Positions 17,902 to 28,073 of a stretch of 57,383 nucleotides of DNA are shown in pieces. The number at the start of each line of letters is the position of its first letter. Positions within the stretch are counted from its first letter, which is position 1. The position numbers were made by a program, and so were the translations under genes. The stretch lies in the sequence record SRR20825019_1753, one strand, 5' to 3'. A model generated the notes under the pieces. The model was given only the letters and a program-made list of their open reading frames with translations. It searched no databases and was not told where the DNA came from.

Positions 17902-19445
17902 TCCGCAAACTGCCTCAGCATGATGGGGCTACGTATGATCTGCCATGCAAACTTGGACCACATGCTCCAGCTGTTTGCATTGCCCTCAATCGCTTCGAGC
18001 ATGGAGTTCAAGTCGTCACGGTTATAAACCCCGCCTGCAAGCACAACAGTCTCCACCTGCTTCAAAGCATCCACACCTTCAAGCGGGTTGGCACGCAGCA
18101 GAACGATGTCGGCTCTCGCGCCCGGGCTAATGGTTCCGGCTTTTCCTGCTAGCCCCAGAAACTTGGCCGGTGTGGTAGTCGCAGCACGGAGCGCATCAAT
18201 GGGCGACAGGCCCGCACGTACCAAGTGCGTGAATTCGTCGTGAATACCAAGCCCTGGGAACGCAAAACTATCTGGTGCGTCTGTGCCCAGCATTACATCC
18301 ACACCCGCTTTATGGGCTTTGCCTGTCAGCTCAATGCCAAAATCAAATACCGCCATATAGCTTTCCTGGCCACCAGCACCCGCGCGTCTGGCCATGCCGT
18401 CCGCGTCATCGAGCCATAGGGTCCGCAAGGGCGCGGGAATATATTTGAGCCGTTCGTCGGTTCTGTATGCCGGGTCTAGCGCAAACGCATCCAGCTTGCG
18501 TGTTGTATGCGTGGGCACAAAAGCTGTGCCGCTTGTTGCCATTTTCTCGAAAAGGGTGTTGCACATTTCCGGGTCATGCTCGGCGACCATCCTGTCACGC
18601 ATTTCATTCGTGAACATATCGTACAGGTCGCCCTGCTCACGCAAGGACGGCATACCCGGATAACAATCCCAGATATACAGGAAACCATGCTCAAAACTGC
18701 GTTGGCCGGCCTCTATTGCCTCAATGGCAGAAACGGCAAACGGCAAATGCCCAGCCAGATACATGTCTTCTTTTTGAGCCTCATCGGCCATTGCAAAATA
18801 ACTGTCTCGTGGCAAGTTCGTGTAGGTTTTGAGGAAGTCGATACCCAAAGCCTTGTCATGCCTTACACGAGCTCGCGCACCTTCAGCGGTTTCGCCCCCC
18901 AACGCACGCGATACATCGCCGGGAATTTCCGAGCCGCCATCGATCGCGAGGCCTGTGACATGGTCATACCGCGGCGCAACGAGGGCACCTTCTGCGGCGG
19001 CGCTGCTCCATGCCCGTTTGTCGTTTTCACACGCTACCCAGGCATCATCAATACCAATACAGCCGCCCATGTCCCGCACAGCTGTGACGCCAGAGGCAAT
19101 GAAGAGCGGATGCATCAATTCCGGTGCCATTTTCATGGTGTGCACGTGCATGTCAAACATGCCGGGAATTGCGTAGAGCCCTTCAGCATCAATGATTTCG
19201 GCACCGCTGGCGTCGAAGTCTGTACCCACATCCTGGATAACACCATCCTCGATCAATACGGAATGCCCGGGCATAAGTTCTCCCGTTTCCATATTCAATA
19301 CAGACGCATTTTGTATCAACAATCTATCCGGTGCCTGGTGCGGCGTTGGGCGGTCTAACGGCCATAAAGCCCCTACTGAGAATACAACAATCGCCAGCAA
19401 CAAAATAAGCCCAACGGCTTTACCAATAAATTTGAGAATTTTCAC
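17898..19445 (-). CDS. Membrane-anchored amidohydrolase-family protein
   Basis: N-terminal TM; PGMFDMHVH, GVTAVRDMG, SFEH, LGTD, GTISPGARADIVLL. Confidence 0.88.
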   Translation of the reverse strand: MKILKFIGKAVGLILLLAIVVFSVGALWPLDRPTPHQAPDRLLIQNASVLNMETGELMPGHSVLIEDGVIQDVGTDFDASGAEIIDAEGLYAIPGMFDMHVHTMKMAPELMHPLFIASGVTAVRDMGGCIGIDDAWVACENDKRAWSSAAAEGALVAPRYDHVTGLAIDGGSEIPGDVSRALGGETAEGARARVRHDKALGIDFLKTYTNLPRDSYFAMADEAQKEDMYLAGHLPFAVSAIEAIEAGQRSFEHGFLYIWDCYPGMPSLREQGDLYDMFTNEMRDRMVAEHDPEMCNTLFEKMATSGTAFVPTHTTRKLDAFALDPAYRTDERLKYIPAPLRTLWLDDADGMARRAGAGGQESYMAVFDFGIELTGKAHKAGVDVMLGTDAPDSFAFPGLGIHDEFTHLVRAGLSPIDALRAATTTPAKFLGLAGKAGTISPGARADIVLLRANPLEGVDALKQVETVVLAGGVYNRDDLNSMLEAIEGNANSWSMWSKFAWQIIRSPIMLRQFAD

Positions 19446-19600
19446 CGCGCTGTCCCCCGATTATATTTATGCATCTTTCTGATATATATCTAATTGATAT
19501 AAAAATAACAAGATAACAATGACCTAGATGCCCCTGTTTTTCGTCATTATCTTGCTTATAGTGGCACTTGGTACCCTGCACATGAGATTGAAGACAGCTG

Positions 19601-20362
19601 ATGACAAACCATAAAACATGCCCGAACTTCCAATCCCCTCATGGGTTTCTAAGCTGTGATGACGGCGTCTCAACCGGACTGTACACTGGCCTCAATTGTG
19701 GGCCGGGCTCCAGCGACGAACCCCGTTGCATTGCTGAAAACCGCCAAATCGCTGCGCAAATTATTGGCGGGGATAATAAACTCCCGGTACTTAGCTGTTA
19801 TCAGGTTCACGGCGACACTGTTGCCCTCGCCGAAGCTGATTGGGGCGATGACAGGCCAAAAGCCGACGCTATGGTGAGCAACACACCAGGGCTTGTCCTT
19901 GGTATCCTGACCGCCGATTGCTGCCCGGTATTATTTGAAGACGCCGCCAATGGCGTCATCGGTGCGGCGCACGCTGGCTGGCAAGGTGCTATTAAGGGCG
20001 TATTGTGCCAAACCATCAAAAGCATGGAAACTTTGGGCGCAAACCGGCACACTATACAAGCCGCTATCGGCCCTACAATTGCGCAGGAAAGCTACGAAGT
20101 TGGTACTGAGTTTTATAACCGCTTCGTGTCAGAAAGTGCTGGTTTTTCTGTCTTCTTCAAACAAGGAAAAGATACCGCGCACTATCAGTTCAACCTTCCT
20201 CGTTTTGTACGCAACCAGCTAGAGGCTGAGGATATTTGCGGCATTTGGGATGCCGCGATTGACACCTACGCCAGCCCTGCACATTTTTCGTATCGGCGCA
20301 CGACTCACAGGCAAGAGGCCGATTACGGCCGTCAGCTCTCCGCAATCATGCTACGCCGCTAG
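19601..20362 (+). CDS. pgeF: PgeF/YfiH-family protein
   Basis: LNCG, QVHG, ADAMV, TADCCPVL, AAHAGWQG, AAIGPTI, FSYRR, YGRQLS. Confidence 0.92.
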   Translation: MTNHKTCPNFQSPHGFLSCDDGVSTGLYTGLNCGPGSSDEPRCIAENRQIAAQIIGGDNKLPVLSCYQVHGDTVALAEADWGDDRPKADAMVSNTPGLVLGILTADCCPVLFEDAANGVIGAAHAGWQGAIKGVLCQTIKSMETLGANRHTIQAAIGPTIAQESYEVGTEFYNRFVSESAGFSVFFKQGKDTAHYQFNLPRFVRNQLEAEDICGIWDAAIDTYASPAHFSYRRTTHRQEADYGRQLSAIMLRR

Positions 20363-20513
20363 GCTAAATTTTTGTAATATTCATGTCGCAATCTCCCATT
20401 TTGCGCCAATCAAACCACAAATAAGCCCCCTCGCGCCCTACCTCCTTTACAGCCTCGCCTCACGCTGTTAAACGAACCGCACACGCAACATCTTCATTGC
20501 ACGGAGGCCTTTT

Positions 20514-21452
20514 ATGGGCATGAAGATTCTAACCGGGAACTCAAACCCGGAATTGGCGGAAGCCATTGCCGCCTATCTGAACATGCCGCTTGCCAAAGCT
20601 GCTGTGAAACGCTTTTCCGACCAGGAAGTCTTTGTTGAGATTCATGAAAACGTTCGCGGTGAAGACGTATTCCTGATCCAGCCGACCAACTTCCCGGCGA
20701 ACGACCATATGATGGAACTTCTGGTGTGCATTGATGCGCTCAAGCGTGCGTCTGCGCGCCGTATCACTGCTGTCATTCCATATTTCGGCTATGCCCGTCA
20801 GGACAGGAAACCCGGCCCACGGACACCTATTTCCGCTAAGCTGGTTGCTAACCTGATCACCACTGCCGGCGCTGACCGTGTATTGACCATGGACCTGCAC
20901 GCCGGTCAGATTCAGGGCTTTTTTGATATCCCGACAGACAATCTTTACGCCATGCCCGTTCTCGTGCGTGACCTGAAGGAAAAGTACGCGGGCAAGAAAA
21001 CCATGATCGTATCGCCTGACGTGGGTGGCGTAGTTCGCGCCCGTGCGTATGCAAAGCGCCTGGACGCGCCAATTGCCATCATCGATAAACGTCGCGAACG
21101 CGCAGGCATGTCTGAAGTGATGCATATCGTGGGTGATGTGAAGGATTATCACTGCGTACTGGTGGATGATATCGTCGACAGCGCGGGTACGCTGTGCAAC
21201 GCCGCCAAGGCACTGCATGCATCGGGGGCAAGCTCTGTCTCCGCTTATGTCGCGCACGGTGTACTTTCAGGCCCAGCCTATGAGCGCATTGAAAACAGCG
21301 TGATGGACGAACTGGTAATCACGGACAGTATCCGCCCAACGGAAGCCTGCAATGCTAACCCGAAAATCCGGGTCGTAACCGTGGCACCGCTGCTCGCAGA
21401 AGCAATGAACCGCATTGCGCATGAAACCAGCGTATCCAGCCTGTTTGACTAA
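20514..21452 (+). CDS. prs: Ribose-phosphate pyrophosphokinase
   Basis: [49 protein letters not shown]. Confidence 0.98.
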   Translation: MGMKILTGNSNPELAEAIAAYLNMPLAKAAVKRFSDQEVFVEIHENVRGEDVFLIQPTNFPANDHMMELLVCIDALKRASARRITAVIPYFGYARQDRKPGPRTPISAKLVANLITTAGADRVLTMDLHAGQIQGFFDIPTDNLYAMPVLVRDLKEKYAGKKTMIVSPDVGGVVRARAYAKRLDAPIAIIDKRRERAGMSEVMHIVGDVKDYHCVLVDDIVDSAGTLCNAAKALHASGASSVSAYVAHGVLSGPAYERIENSVMDELVITDSIRPTEACNANPKIRVVTVAPLLAEAMNRIAHETSVSSLFD

Positions 21453-21473
21453 GGTTTGCGCTATAGAGTTTAC

Positions 21474-21505
21474 AAAGCCCCGCCTTTTCAGCGGGGCTTT
21501 TTTTT
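21474..21505. terminator. Intrinsic terminator between convergent prs and CPBP genes
   Basis: AAAGCCCCGC-N7-GCGGGGCTTT followed by TTTTT. Confidence 0.85.
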
Positions 21506-21509
21506 ACGC

Positions 21510-22244
21510 CTAATCCCCGGTGATGCCAAGATAGCGCATGGTCATCCCCAGAGAGTTGATCGCACCATGTGCCAGAATAAGCGGCATGATATTGCTGCGG
21601 CCAAACCAGATATACAACAGGCCCAGGCCAAGGCCGATAGATCCTGTCACCAGACCACCGTTAAGCCCCTGATAATAGACGTGACGGTAGCCGAAAAAAA
21701 CACTGGCTATGAGCACGGCGATCACATCGGCTTTCTTGTTTCCACCCAGTAACACACTAATTTTCGTGATGATGAATGCCCTGAACAAAAGCTCTTCAAA
21801 AAACGACCCATGTGTCCAGACGAGGACCAGCATGAGCAGATAGGCACCAAGGTTGCCTTCCACATGTGCAAACCGCCCACTGGTGCCGACGTCCTCAGCG
21901 ATAAGATCTGCCACCTCTCCCATCACGCCAGATATCATGATGATAACTGCGAAGGTGAGCACCGAAAGGCCTAAGGTTACGCCCCATTTTTCTGGCCAAC
22001 GCAAACCCAGGTCCGACCATCTCTGAGAGCGCCGCCTCAGCAACCATGTTGCTGCCACCATGGCCGTTAGTGTCGACGCTGGCCCGGCATAAAGCTGAGT
22101 GAAGAGCAGCAAACCCTGCTTTACGGCAACCAGGATACCTACAACAATTATGAGATCACTGAGAGCGCCCAAGTCGCGCGGTGCCGGATTGGGCAAAGGT
22201 AATAGGCCAGAAGCCTCGTCGGCTTTCCGTTTGGTCGTGTTCAT
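21510..22244 (-). CDS. CPBP (CAAX/Abi) intramembrane metalloprotease
   Basis: EELLFRAF, FGYRH, AHGAIN motifs; multiple TMs; GAGGA RBS before ATG 22244. Confidence 0.9.
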   Translation of the reverse strand: MNTTKRKADEASGLLPLPNPAPRDLGALSDLIIVVGILVAVKQGLLLFTQLYAGPASTLTAMVAATWLLRRRSQRWSDLGLRWPEKWGVTLGLSVLTFAVIIMISGVMGEVADLIAEDVGTSGRFAHVEGNLGAYLLMLVLVWTHGSFFEELLFRAFIITKISVLLGGNKKADVIAVLIASVFFGYRHVYYQGLNGGLVTGSIGLGLGLLYIWFGRSNIMPLILAHGAINSLGMTMRYLGITGD

Positions 22245-22391
22245 TATGTATCCTCGCTTTTCGCCCACCTTTATCGGTGTTTGGCTTATGTATTGCCAAG
22301 TAGCAGCTTTACGCAGGAAGCAACAGAGTTATCAGCGCGGAGCCCCCCAACACCATCCCCTCAACGCAGGGAGATTAACTATAGGCAAGTA

Positions 22392-23216
22392 TCAGGGATA
22401 GATAAGAGAATCCCCGAGCCCCTCACGGTCAAAGAAGGACTTCAGGGTACCATCCGCGCTGAGCCGGGCAAGCAGCGTGCGAAGTGCATCAAGGCTGACG
22501 GGTCCCCCTTTTCGCAGCATAATTGGCAGCTCATAACGCTGATCCCCAAAGGGAGAGACCATAAGCCGGTCAGCAAGCTTCGGATTCTCATCAATGGAGC
22601 GCCGGAGAAAAGCATCGTTAACAATCGCAACGTCAGCGTTCCCCATCAGCATATGACGTAACGTAAAGCGCTGCTGGTTGGCAAAAACAACATCGTAACG
22701 CGACCGAATTTGCTCCGGTTCCGCATTGAAGCCAAGGAAGGCATAGTGGTAACCAAAAGTGATAGCGATCCTGCGTTCGTTGAGATCACGAAACACCGTG
22801 TCCCCCAGCTTGTGCCCAACACGAGAAACAAAGAATTCCCTACCAGATAAAATTGGTGCGGACGTATCAACGTGCGACGCTACTTCCGCCCAGCCCCAAA
22901 CCGGCATCTCAAAAAACATCATGTCAATCTTGCCGTCAGCAAGTTGCTCGTAACGTCGTTTTGCGGGGATATGGATAAACTCAAACAGAAATTCTGTCTG
23001 CGCCTCATTTAGCATAGCCGCGAAGTTGGGCGAGACCCCACCTTCATCTTCGACAAACGGCTCAAACTGATACCCGCCAACCACAACAGACCTGCGTGAC
23101 TGTTCGCCGTCGTCACCTGCATGAACAGAAGGCAAACCAAAACATATCATCAGCATAACCAGCGCTAACGCTAGAGGGCAGCTTCCTGTCACAAGTTGCA
23201 ACGAATATCTCCGCAT
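22392..23216 (-). CDS. Orphan periplasmic solute-binding protein (family 3-like)
   Basis: Signal peptide; GYQFEPF, PAKRR, FFEMPVWGW, GYHYAF, ADVAIV, DGTL. Confidence 0.75.
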   Translation of the reverse strand: MRRYSLQLVTGSCPLALALVMLMICFGLPSVHAGDDGEQSRRSVVVGGYQFEPFVEDEGGVSPNFAAMLNEAQTEFLFEFIHIPAKRRYEQLADGKIDMMFFEMPVWGWAEVASHVDTSAPILSGREFFVSRVGHKLGDTVFRDLNERRIAITFGYHYAFLGFNAEPEQIRSRYDVVFANQQRFTLRHMLMGNADVAIVNDAFLRRSIDENPKLADRLMVSPFGDQRYELPIMLRKGGPVSLDALRTLLARLSADGTLKSFFDREGLGDSLIYP

Positions 23217-23455
23217 AGTTACTACCTCAAAACACTGCCCGAAGATTCCTTAAAAAGGAATAAATCTTCGGCACAAACATCAGCGATTCTCTCATTTTTC
23301 AACAAACCACCACTTATACTTGAGAACTAATCTCAGTGGTGTAATGGAACGTGCGCGCTTTATCGGTACCATCCCGGTTCCTGACTATGCCTCTCCATTT
23401 TCAGGCTTGGTGACAAAAAGCTTGGGCTATTAGGGGGCAAAGTATCGTTTGAGCC

Positions 23456-23484
23456 TTGCATTTCGCCGCAAATCGCGGTAAATC
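23456..23484 (+). promoter_or_regulatory. Sigma70-type promoter for rplY
   Basis: TTGCAT-N17-TAAATC followed by a GC-rich discriminator GCGCCC. Confidence 0.55.
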
Positions 23485-23601
23485 GCGCCCGACCGCTATG
23501 GGATCGCCCATACCGGCAACTCCGTCCTTGCATCCCTGGAGGAAGTGACGGTCACCGGGTCCGGATGGTCCGACCGGTGCTTGATAGTTTGGAGAAATAG
23601 T

Positions 23602-24237
23602 ATGGCTAACGCTGTAACCATCGTTGCCGAGCCGCGCGAACGGATTGGTAAGGGAGCCTCCCGCGCCGCGCGTCGTGCAGGCAAAGTGCCTGCCGTAATC
23701 TACGGCGACAACAAAGAACCGGAATCAATTCAGATCCCGCAAAACGAAATCATCCGTCTTCTGAACCGTGGTGGCTTCATGTCACACACGTTTGAAGTTC
23801 AGGTTGGCAAAAAGAAGACAACAGTTCTTCCTCGTGATCTGCAATTGCACCCGGTAACTGACCTTCCAATTCACATCGATTTCCTTCGCCTCGGCAAAGG
23901 TACTGAAGTTGTGATGGAAGTTCCGATTAAAGTTGTCGGCGAAGAGAAGTCGCCCGGTCTTAAGCGCGGCGGCGTGATCAACCATACCCGCCACGAAGTT
24001 GAACTTCATGTTCCTGCGGATGCTATCCCAGAATTCATCGAAGCTGACATTTCTGCGCTCGACATCAACGATTCTGTGAAAATCAGCAACGTGACCCTGC
24101 CAAAAGGCTGCACGCCAACGATTACAGATCGTGACTTCGTAATCTGTGCGATCGTTGCTCCAAGTGGTCTGAAGTCTGCTGAAGCTGCATCTGATGATGA
24201 CGCTGAAGAAGCAGGCGCTGACGACAGCGACGATTAA
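23602..24237 (+). CDS. rplY: 50S ribosomal protein L25/Ctc
   Basis: GKGASRAARRAGKVPAVIYG, QLHPV..PIHIDF, GLKRGG; GGAG RBS. Confidence 0.97.
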   Translation: MANAVTIVAEPRERIGKGASRAARRAGKVPAVIYGDNKEPESIQIPQNEIIRLLNRGGFMSHTFEVQVGKKKTTVLPRDLQLHPVTDLPIHIDFLRLGKGTEVVMEVPIKVVGEEKSPGLKRGGVINHTRHEVELHVPADAIPEFIEADISALDINDSVKISNVTLPKGCTPTITDRDFVICAIVAPSGLKSAEAASDDDAEEAGADDSDD

Positions 24238-24289
24238 TAGAGCTATCCGGGGCGCTGAACTGCGCCCCGCTGTAGCCGGAGGATTTTCC

Positions 24290-25003
24290 ATGCTGCTTTT
24301 TGTCGGTCTAGGCAACCCGGGCAGCGCTTATGAAAAACACCGGCACAACGTGGGTTTCATGGCGCTTGACCAGATTGTCGAGCGCCATATTTTTTCAGCA
24401 GGTCCAAAACGCTGGCATTCAGAGACCTTCGAGGGTCGTCTGGCGGCCAAAAAGATCATCGCCCTTAAACCACAAACATTCATGAACCGCAGCGGGCAAG
24501 CCGTGGGCGAAGCCATGCGCTTTTTCAAGATCACGCCAGCTGATGTCATCGTATTTTATGACGAGCTTGATCTGGCTTTTGGCAAGGTCAAGGTGAAGGT
24601 GGGTGGTGGTGCCGCAGGGCATAACGGTATTCGGTCAATCACCGAACACATTGGGGCCGACTTTACCCGGGTTCGTATTGGTATCGGCCATCCAGGTGAC
24701 AAGGCATTGGTACACGGCCACGTGCTGGGCAACTTTGCAAAAGCCGAGCAAGACCCGCTTGATGATGTACTGCGGGCGCTGTCCAGTGAAGTGAGCTTTC
24801 TAGCCGAACAAGACAACGCGCGGTTCATGTCGGAAGTGGCGCGGCATCTTCAGCCTCCCCGGCCCAGCACTGGCGTTCAGCCGGACAAGAATAAAAAGAC
24901 AAAAGCAGCGTCACCTGCTGATGTTGAACAAAACAATAATGAAGGCCCTATGGCCAGCGCGCTGCGCGCCTTGATGGGCGGCGCGAAGAAAGGAGACAAG
25001 TAA
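24290..25003 (+). CDS. pth: Peptidyl-tRNA hydrolase with C-terminal extension
   Basis: [53 protein letters not shown]. Confidence 0.97.
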   Translation: MLLFVGLGNPGSAYEKHRHNVGFMALDQIVERHIFSAGPKRWHSETFEGRLAAKKIIALKPQTFMNRSGQAVGEAMRFFKITPADVIVFYDELDLAFGKVKVKVGGGAAGHNGIRSITEHIGADFTRVRIGIGHPGDKALVHGHVLGNFAKAEQDPLDDVLRALSSEVSFLAEQDNARFMSEVARHLQPPRPSTGVQPDKNKKTKAASPADVEQNNNEGPMASALRALMGGAKKGDK

Positions 25004-25004
25004 C

Positions 25005-26108
25005 ATGGGTTTCAAATGCGGCATTGTTGGCCTTCCAAACGTTGGCAAATCAACGCTTTTCAACGCGTTGACAAATACAGCCAACGCTGCGGCAGCCAAT
25101 TATCCTTTCTGTACAATTGAACCCAATGTTGGCCAGGTCCCTGTTCCTGATGAACGCCTTTACACACTTGCAAAGCTCGCTGGCTCCAAGGAAATTATTC
25201 CAACACAGCTATCATTTGTCGATATCGCGGGTCTTGTGCGTGGTGCCTCAAAGGGTGAAGGCCTCGGCAACCAGTTTCTTGCCAATATTCGGGAAACCGA
25301 TGCCATCTGCCATGTGCTGCGGTGTTTTGAAGACGACGACATCACTCATGTTGACGGCAAGGTTAACCCGGTATCCGACGCTGAAACCATTGAAACAGAG
25401 CTGATGCTGGCTGACCTCGAAAGCCTTGAAGGTCGCATCCACGGCCTTGGCCGCCGCGTACGTGGTGGAGACAAGGAAGCCAAAGCCATGATGGAGATGA
25501 TTGAGCGCGTTATCCCTATCCTGAAAGACGGCAACCCCGCCCGCATGGTCACGCTGAACAGCGAAGAAGAAGAGCGCACACTTGTCAGCTTGCAACTCCT
25601 GACCTCGAAACCAATCCTTTATATCTGTAACGTCGACGAGGAAAGTGCCGCCACGGGCAATGCCTTCTCCAAAGCAGTAGAAGAAATGGCTGCAAACCAG
25701 GGTGCCGGTTGTGTGGTGATCTCTGCCGCAGTGGAAGCAGAGATTGCACAGCTGGAGGACGAGGACGAGAAAGGCGAGTTTCTGGAAACACTTGGCCTCG
25801 GTCAAACCGGCCTCGCCCGTGTGATCCGTGCAGGTTACGACCTTCTGGAACTCATCACCTATTTCACCGTTGGACCCAAGGAAGCACGCGCCTGGACAAT
25901 CACTAAAGGCACGAAGGCGCCGCAAGCGGCTGGCGTGATCCATACGGACTTTGAGAAAGGCTTCATTCGCGCAGAGACAACCGCTTATGACGATTTTGTG
26001 AGCTTAGGCGGCGAACAAGGCGCCAAAGATGCCGGCAAAATGCGCCTTGAAGGCAAAGAGTATATTGTGGCCGATGGTGACGTGCTGCACTTCCGCTTCG
26101 CGAACTAG
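25005..26108 (+). CDS. ychF: Redox-regulated ATPase YchF
   Basis: [45 protein letters not shown] domain GVIHTDF. Confidence 0.98.
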   Translation: MGFKCGIVGLPNVGKSTLFNALTNTANAAAANYPFCTIEPNVGQVPVPDERLYTLAKLAGSKEIIPTQLSFVDIAGLVRGASKGEGLGNQFLANIRETDAICHVLRCFEDDDITHVDGKVNPVSDAETIETELMLADLESLEGRIHGLGRRVRGGDKEAKAMMEMIERVIPILKDGNPARMVTLNSEEEERTLVSLQLLTSKPILYICNVDEESAATGNAFSKAVEEMAANQGAGCVVISAAVEAEIAQLEDEDEKGEFLETLGLGQTGLARVIRAGYDLLELITYFTVGPKEARAWTITKGTKAPQAAGVIHTDFEKGFIRAETTAYDDFVSLGGEQGAKDAGKMRLEGKEYIVADGDVLHFRFAN

Positions 26109-26578
26109 GCGAACACAAGCGAAAGCGCAAATAACGCAATCACACCAACCATGAAAAACAATATGACAAGCGGCCTCGTTAGCTCGGGGGCGCTTGTTTT
26201 ATATATATGACCGCAGCCTAGGCATTTGCGACGGTTGCCATGTGGGCTTGGTATCAGAAAATCCAGTAACACAAAAACCGGCAGCCAGATTGGCGCCCGG
26301 TAACGAACGACCCTGTCTGAGCTACATGTAGGACATGTATCGATGCAGTCCTCTGGCGCAACTGAGGCTCCACTGGTTGCTTGAGGCGACAGCAGCGCTA
26401 ACGCCTCCTGAAATTCATCATCCGGTACCCAGAGACGATACCCCTGCGACAACGCCAGATGCGGCATGATGCTACCCGCCTCAAAATTGTCCATATGAAC
26501 CAAAAAGCCTTCTTGGTCCAACAAGGCCTTTTTCACCAGTACGTCGGTATAGTCACTGCTCTCAAAAAGTATCCTCAC
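26105..26578 (-). CDS. DUF2007-like protein with zinc-ribbon (CxxC...CxxC) and TM segments
   Basis: KALLDQEG...[18 protein letters not shown], then CPTCSS, a hydrophobic stretch, CLGCGH and a C-terminal TM. Confidence 0.7.
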   Translation of the reverse strand: MRILFESSDYTDVLVKKALLDQEGFLVHMDNFEAGSIMPHLALSQGYRLWVPDDEFQEALALLSPQATSGASVAPEDCIDTCPTCSSDRVVRYRAPIWLPVFVLLDFLIPSPHGNRRKCLGCGHIYKTSAPELTRPLVILFFMVGVIALFALSLVFA

Positions 26579-26622
26579 GCTGCCTCTCCGGTCATTTCGC
26601 TATATCGTGTGTGATCATGATA

Positions 26623-27285
26623 CTAAGTAGTACCAGTGCCCTCAACAATACGAAACGACCGCATCAGATAGGGCAGCGCCCCTTGGGTATATAAGAGAAC
26701 GGGGGCGTAGATATAATGCAGATAACCGCCTGTCGTCTCCTGCCACCATATGAGGCCTGCCACAAGCACGAGCGGACTGAACCTGAACGCGGTTGAGAAC
26801 GGTCCGGCTCCTTTCAGGAACGGAGGCAAACGAAATGATCGCTCCATGGACACCTGCACCACCCAAGGCAACGCAACGCCGCAAGCCCACAACCCGAGGC
26901 AAACGGCGATAAGCCAATTAATGGCCGATATATCGGGTCGTTTGGTAAACCAGCCAAGTATTGCACCCGCGATGGCGATCCAGACCGGCAGGAGCGAGGC
27001 AAACATGGCCACAAAGCACTGCGCCAGCCGCACGTAATACCGGCGCCCTTCGGCACTTTTGATCCGCTCAATAAACGAGAACCACACAAGAGCTGCACAG
27101 AGTATTTCGACATTCAGCACGACCTCCCACCACAGGCGGGAGCGGCTGAAACCTACGTCTGTGAGTGTGGTAAAATACGCGCCGCACATAGACGTTAGCA
27201 CGCCACCGGTGAGCAGCATGGCCACAGCCGTCAGAATAGACCTGTTATTTGAAATTCGTATTCGCAATAAAGGTAGCCCCAGCAC
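26623..27285 (-). CDS. Hypothetical polytopic membrane protein (paralog A)
   Basis: About 6 TMs; WWEVVLNVEILC and YTQGALPYL shared with the next gene. Confidence 0.75.
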   Translation of the reverse strand: MLGLPLLRIRISNNRSILTAVAMLLTGGVLTSMCGAYFTTLTDVGFSRSRLWWEVVLNVEILCAALVWFSFIERIKSAEGRRYYVRLAQCFVAMFASLLPVWIAIAGAILGWFTKRPDISAINWLIAVCLGLWACGVALPWVVQVSMERSFRLPPFLKGAGPFSTAFRFSPLVLVAGLIWWQETTGGYLHYIYAPVLLYTQGALPYLMRSFRIVEGTGTT

Positions 27286-27323
27286 TTTTGCCTAGCCTAC
27301 CCCAGAAGAAGTAACGAAAGTGT

Positions 27324-27977
27324 TTAAATGTCGCTATCGCGCGGCGACGCATGATAGGCCTTCTTCAAATAGGGCAAGGCACCCTGAATATACATGAAAA
27401 TGGGCACAAACATATAAAGCGTTACGCTATCCCTGAGCGCTTCGATAACAAGAAGGCCCACCACCACAAATGTTGGCCAGAATGTCTTGGCCCAGGCCAC
27501 AGGTTTAAACCCCAGTGCTTCCCCCGCCGCGCCCAGATGGCGGCGCCCCACAATCATTGCGGTGAAGACAGGCATTATAAACGACCCCATAGCCCACAGG
27601 CCAATCCCCGCAAGCATAAGCACCACAACTGAGCCCTCAGGAGGCGCCACACGGAACCAGTCGAAGTATGCACCAACAACCAGAAGGATTACGGGATAGG
27701 AAACCGAGATAATTCCGACAATGAAGTTGAAAATCGCACGGAGACGCCACTTACCCTCGCCCTGCTGCATGCGGTTATGGTGGCAAAACCACATGAACGC
27801 CAGACATAGTATCTGGAGGTTGAGAACAATTTCCCACCACCACCGGGACGTCAGCGCACCAGAACCAAAAACCTCAGGCGCAAAGAAAAAGCCCACTTTG
27901 AACGCCATAATCGCGCCCACAATCAGCAGCGCCAGGGCACCCAAGAAGGCTCTTGAATCCTGAATTTTTTTGGCCAT
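27324..27977 (-). CDS. Hypothetical polytopic membrane protein (paralog B)
   Basis: About 6 TMs; WWEIVLNLQILC and YIQGALPYL; likely start MAKKIQ at 27977. Confidence 0.75.
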   Translation of the reverse strand: MAKKIQDSRAFLGALALLIVGAIMAFKVGFFFAPEVFGSGALTSRWWWEIVLNLQILCLAFMWFCHHNRMQQGEGKWRLRAIFNFIVGIISVSYPVILLVVGAYFDWFRVAPPEGSVVVLMLAGIGLWAMGSFIMPVFTAMIVGRRHLGAAGEALGFKPVAWAKTFWPTFVVVGLLVIEALRDSVTLYMFVPIFMYIQGALPYLKKAYHASPRDSDI

Positions 27978-28073
27978 TCCGATACTTGGTTCCTCAAAGT
28001 CCCACCTTGTGGGAAAACACGCTCCACCGAGGCGACGAACCGCCCCAGTGGATAGCATTTGCAGGCGCTTATG

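Noticed and set aside
18507-19358. 283-aa + strand ORF, and similar shadows at 20541-21257, 25248-25943 and 4374-5012
   Set aside because: Each lies fully antisense to a well-supported gene and has no protein-family features
23520-23580. Resemblance of CCTGGAGGAAG to the SRP RNA core
   Set aside because: Lacks the CAGGTCCGGAAGGAAGCAGC helix and the long SRP stem; position fits an rplY leader
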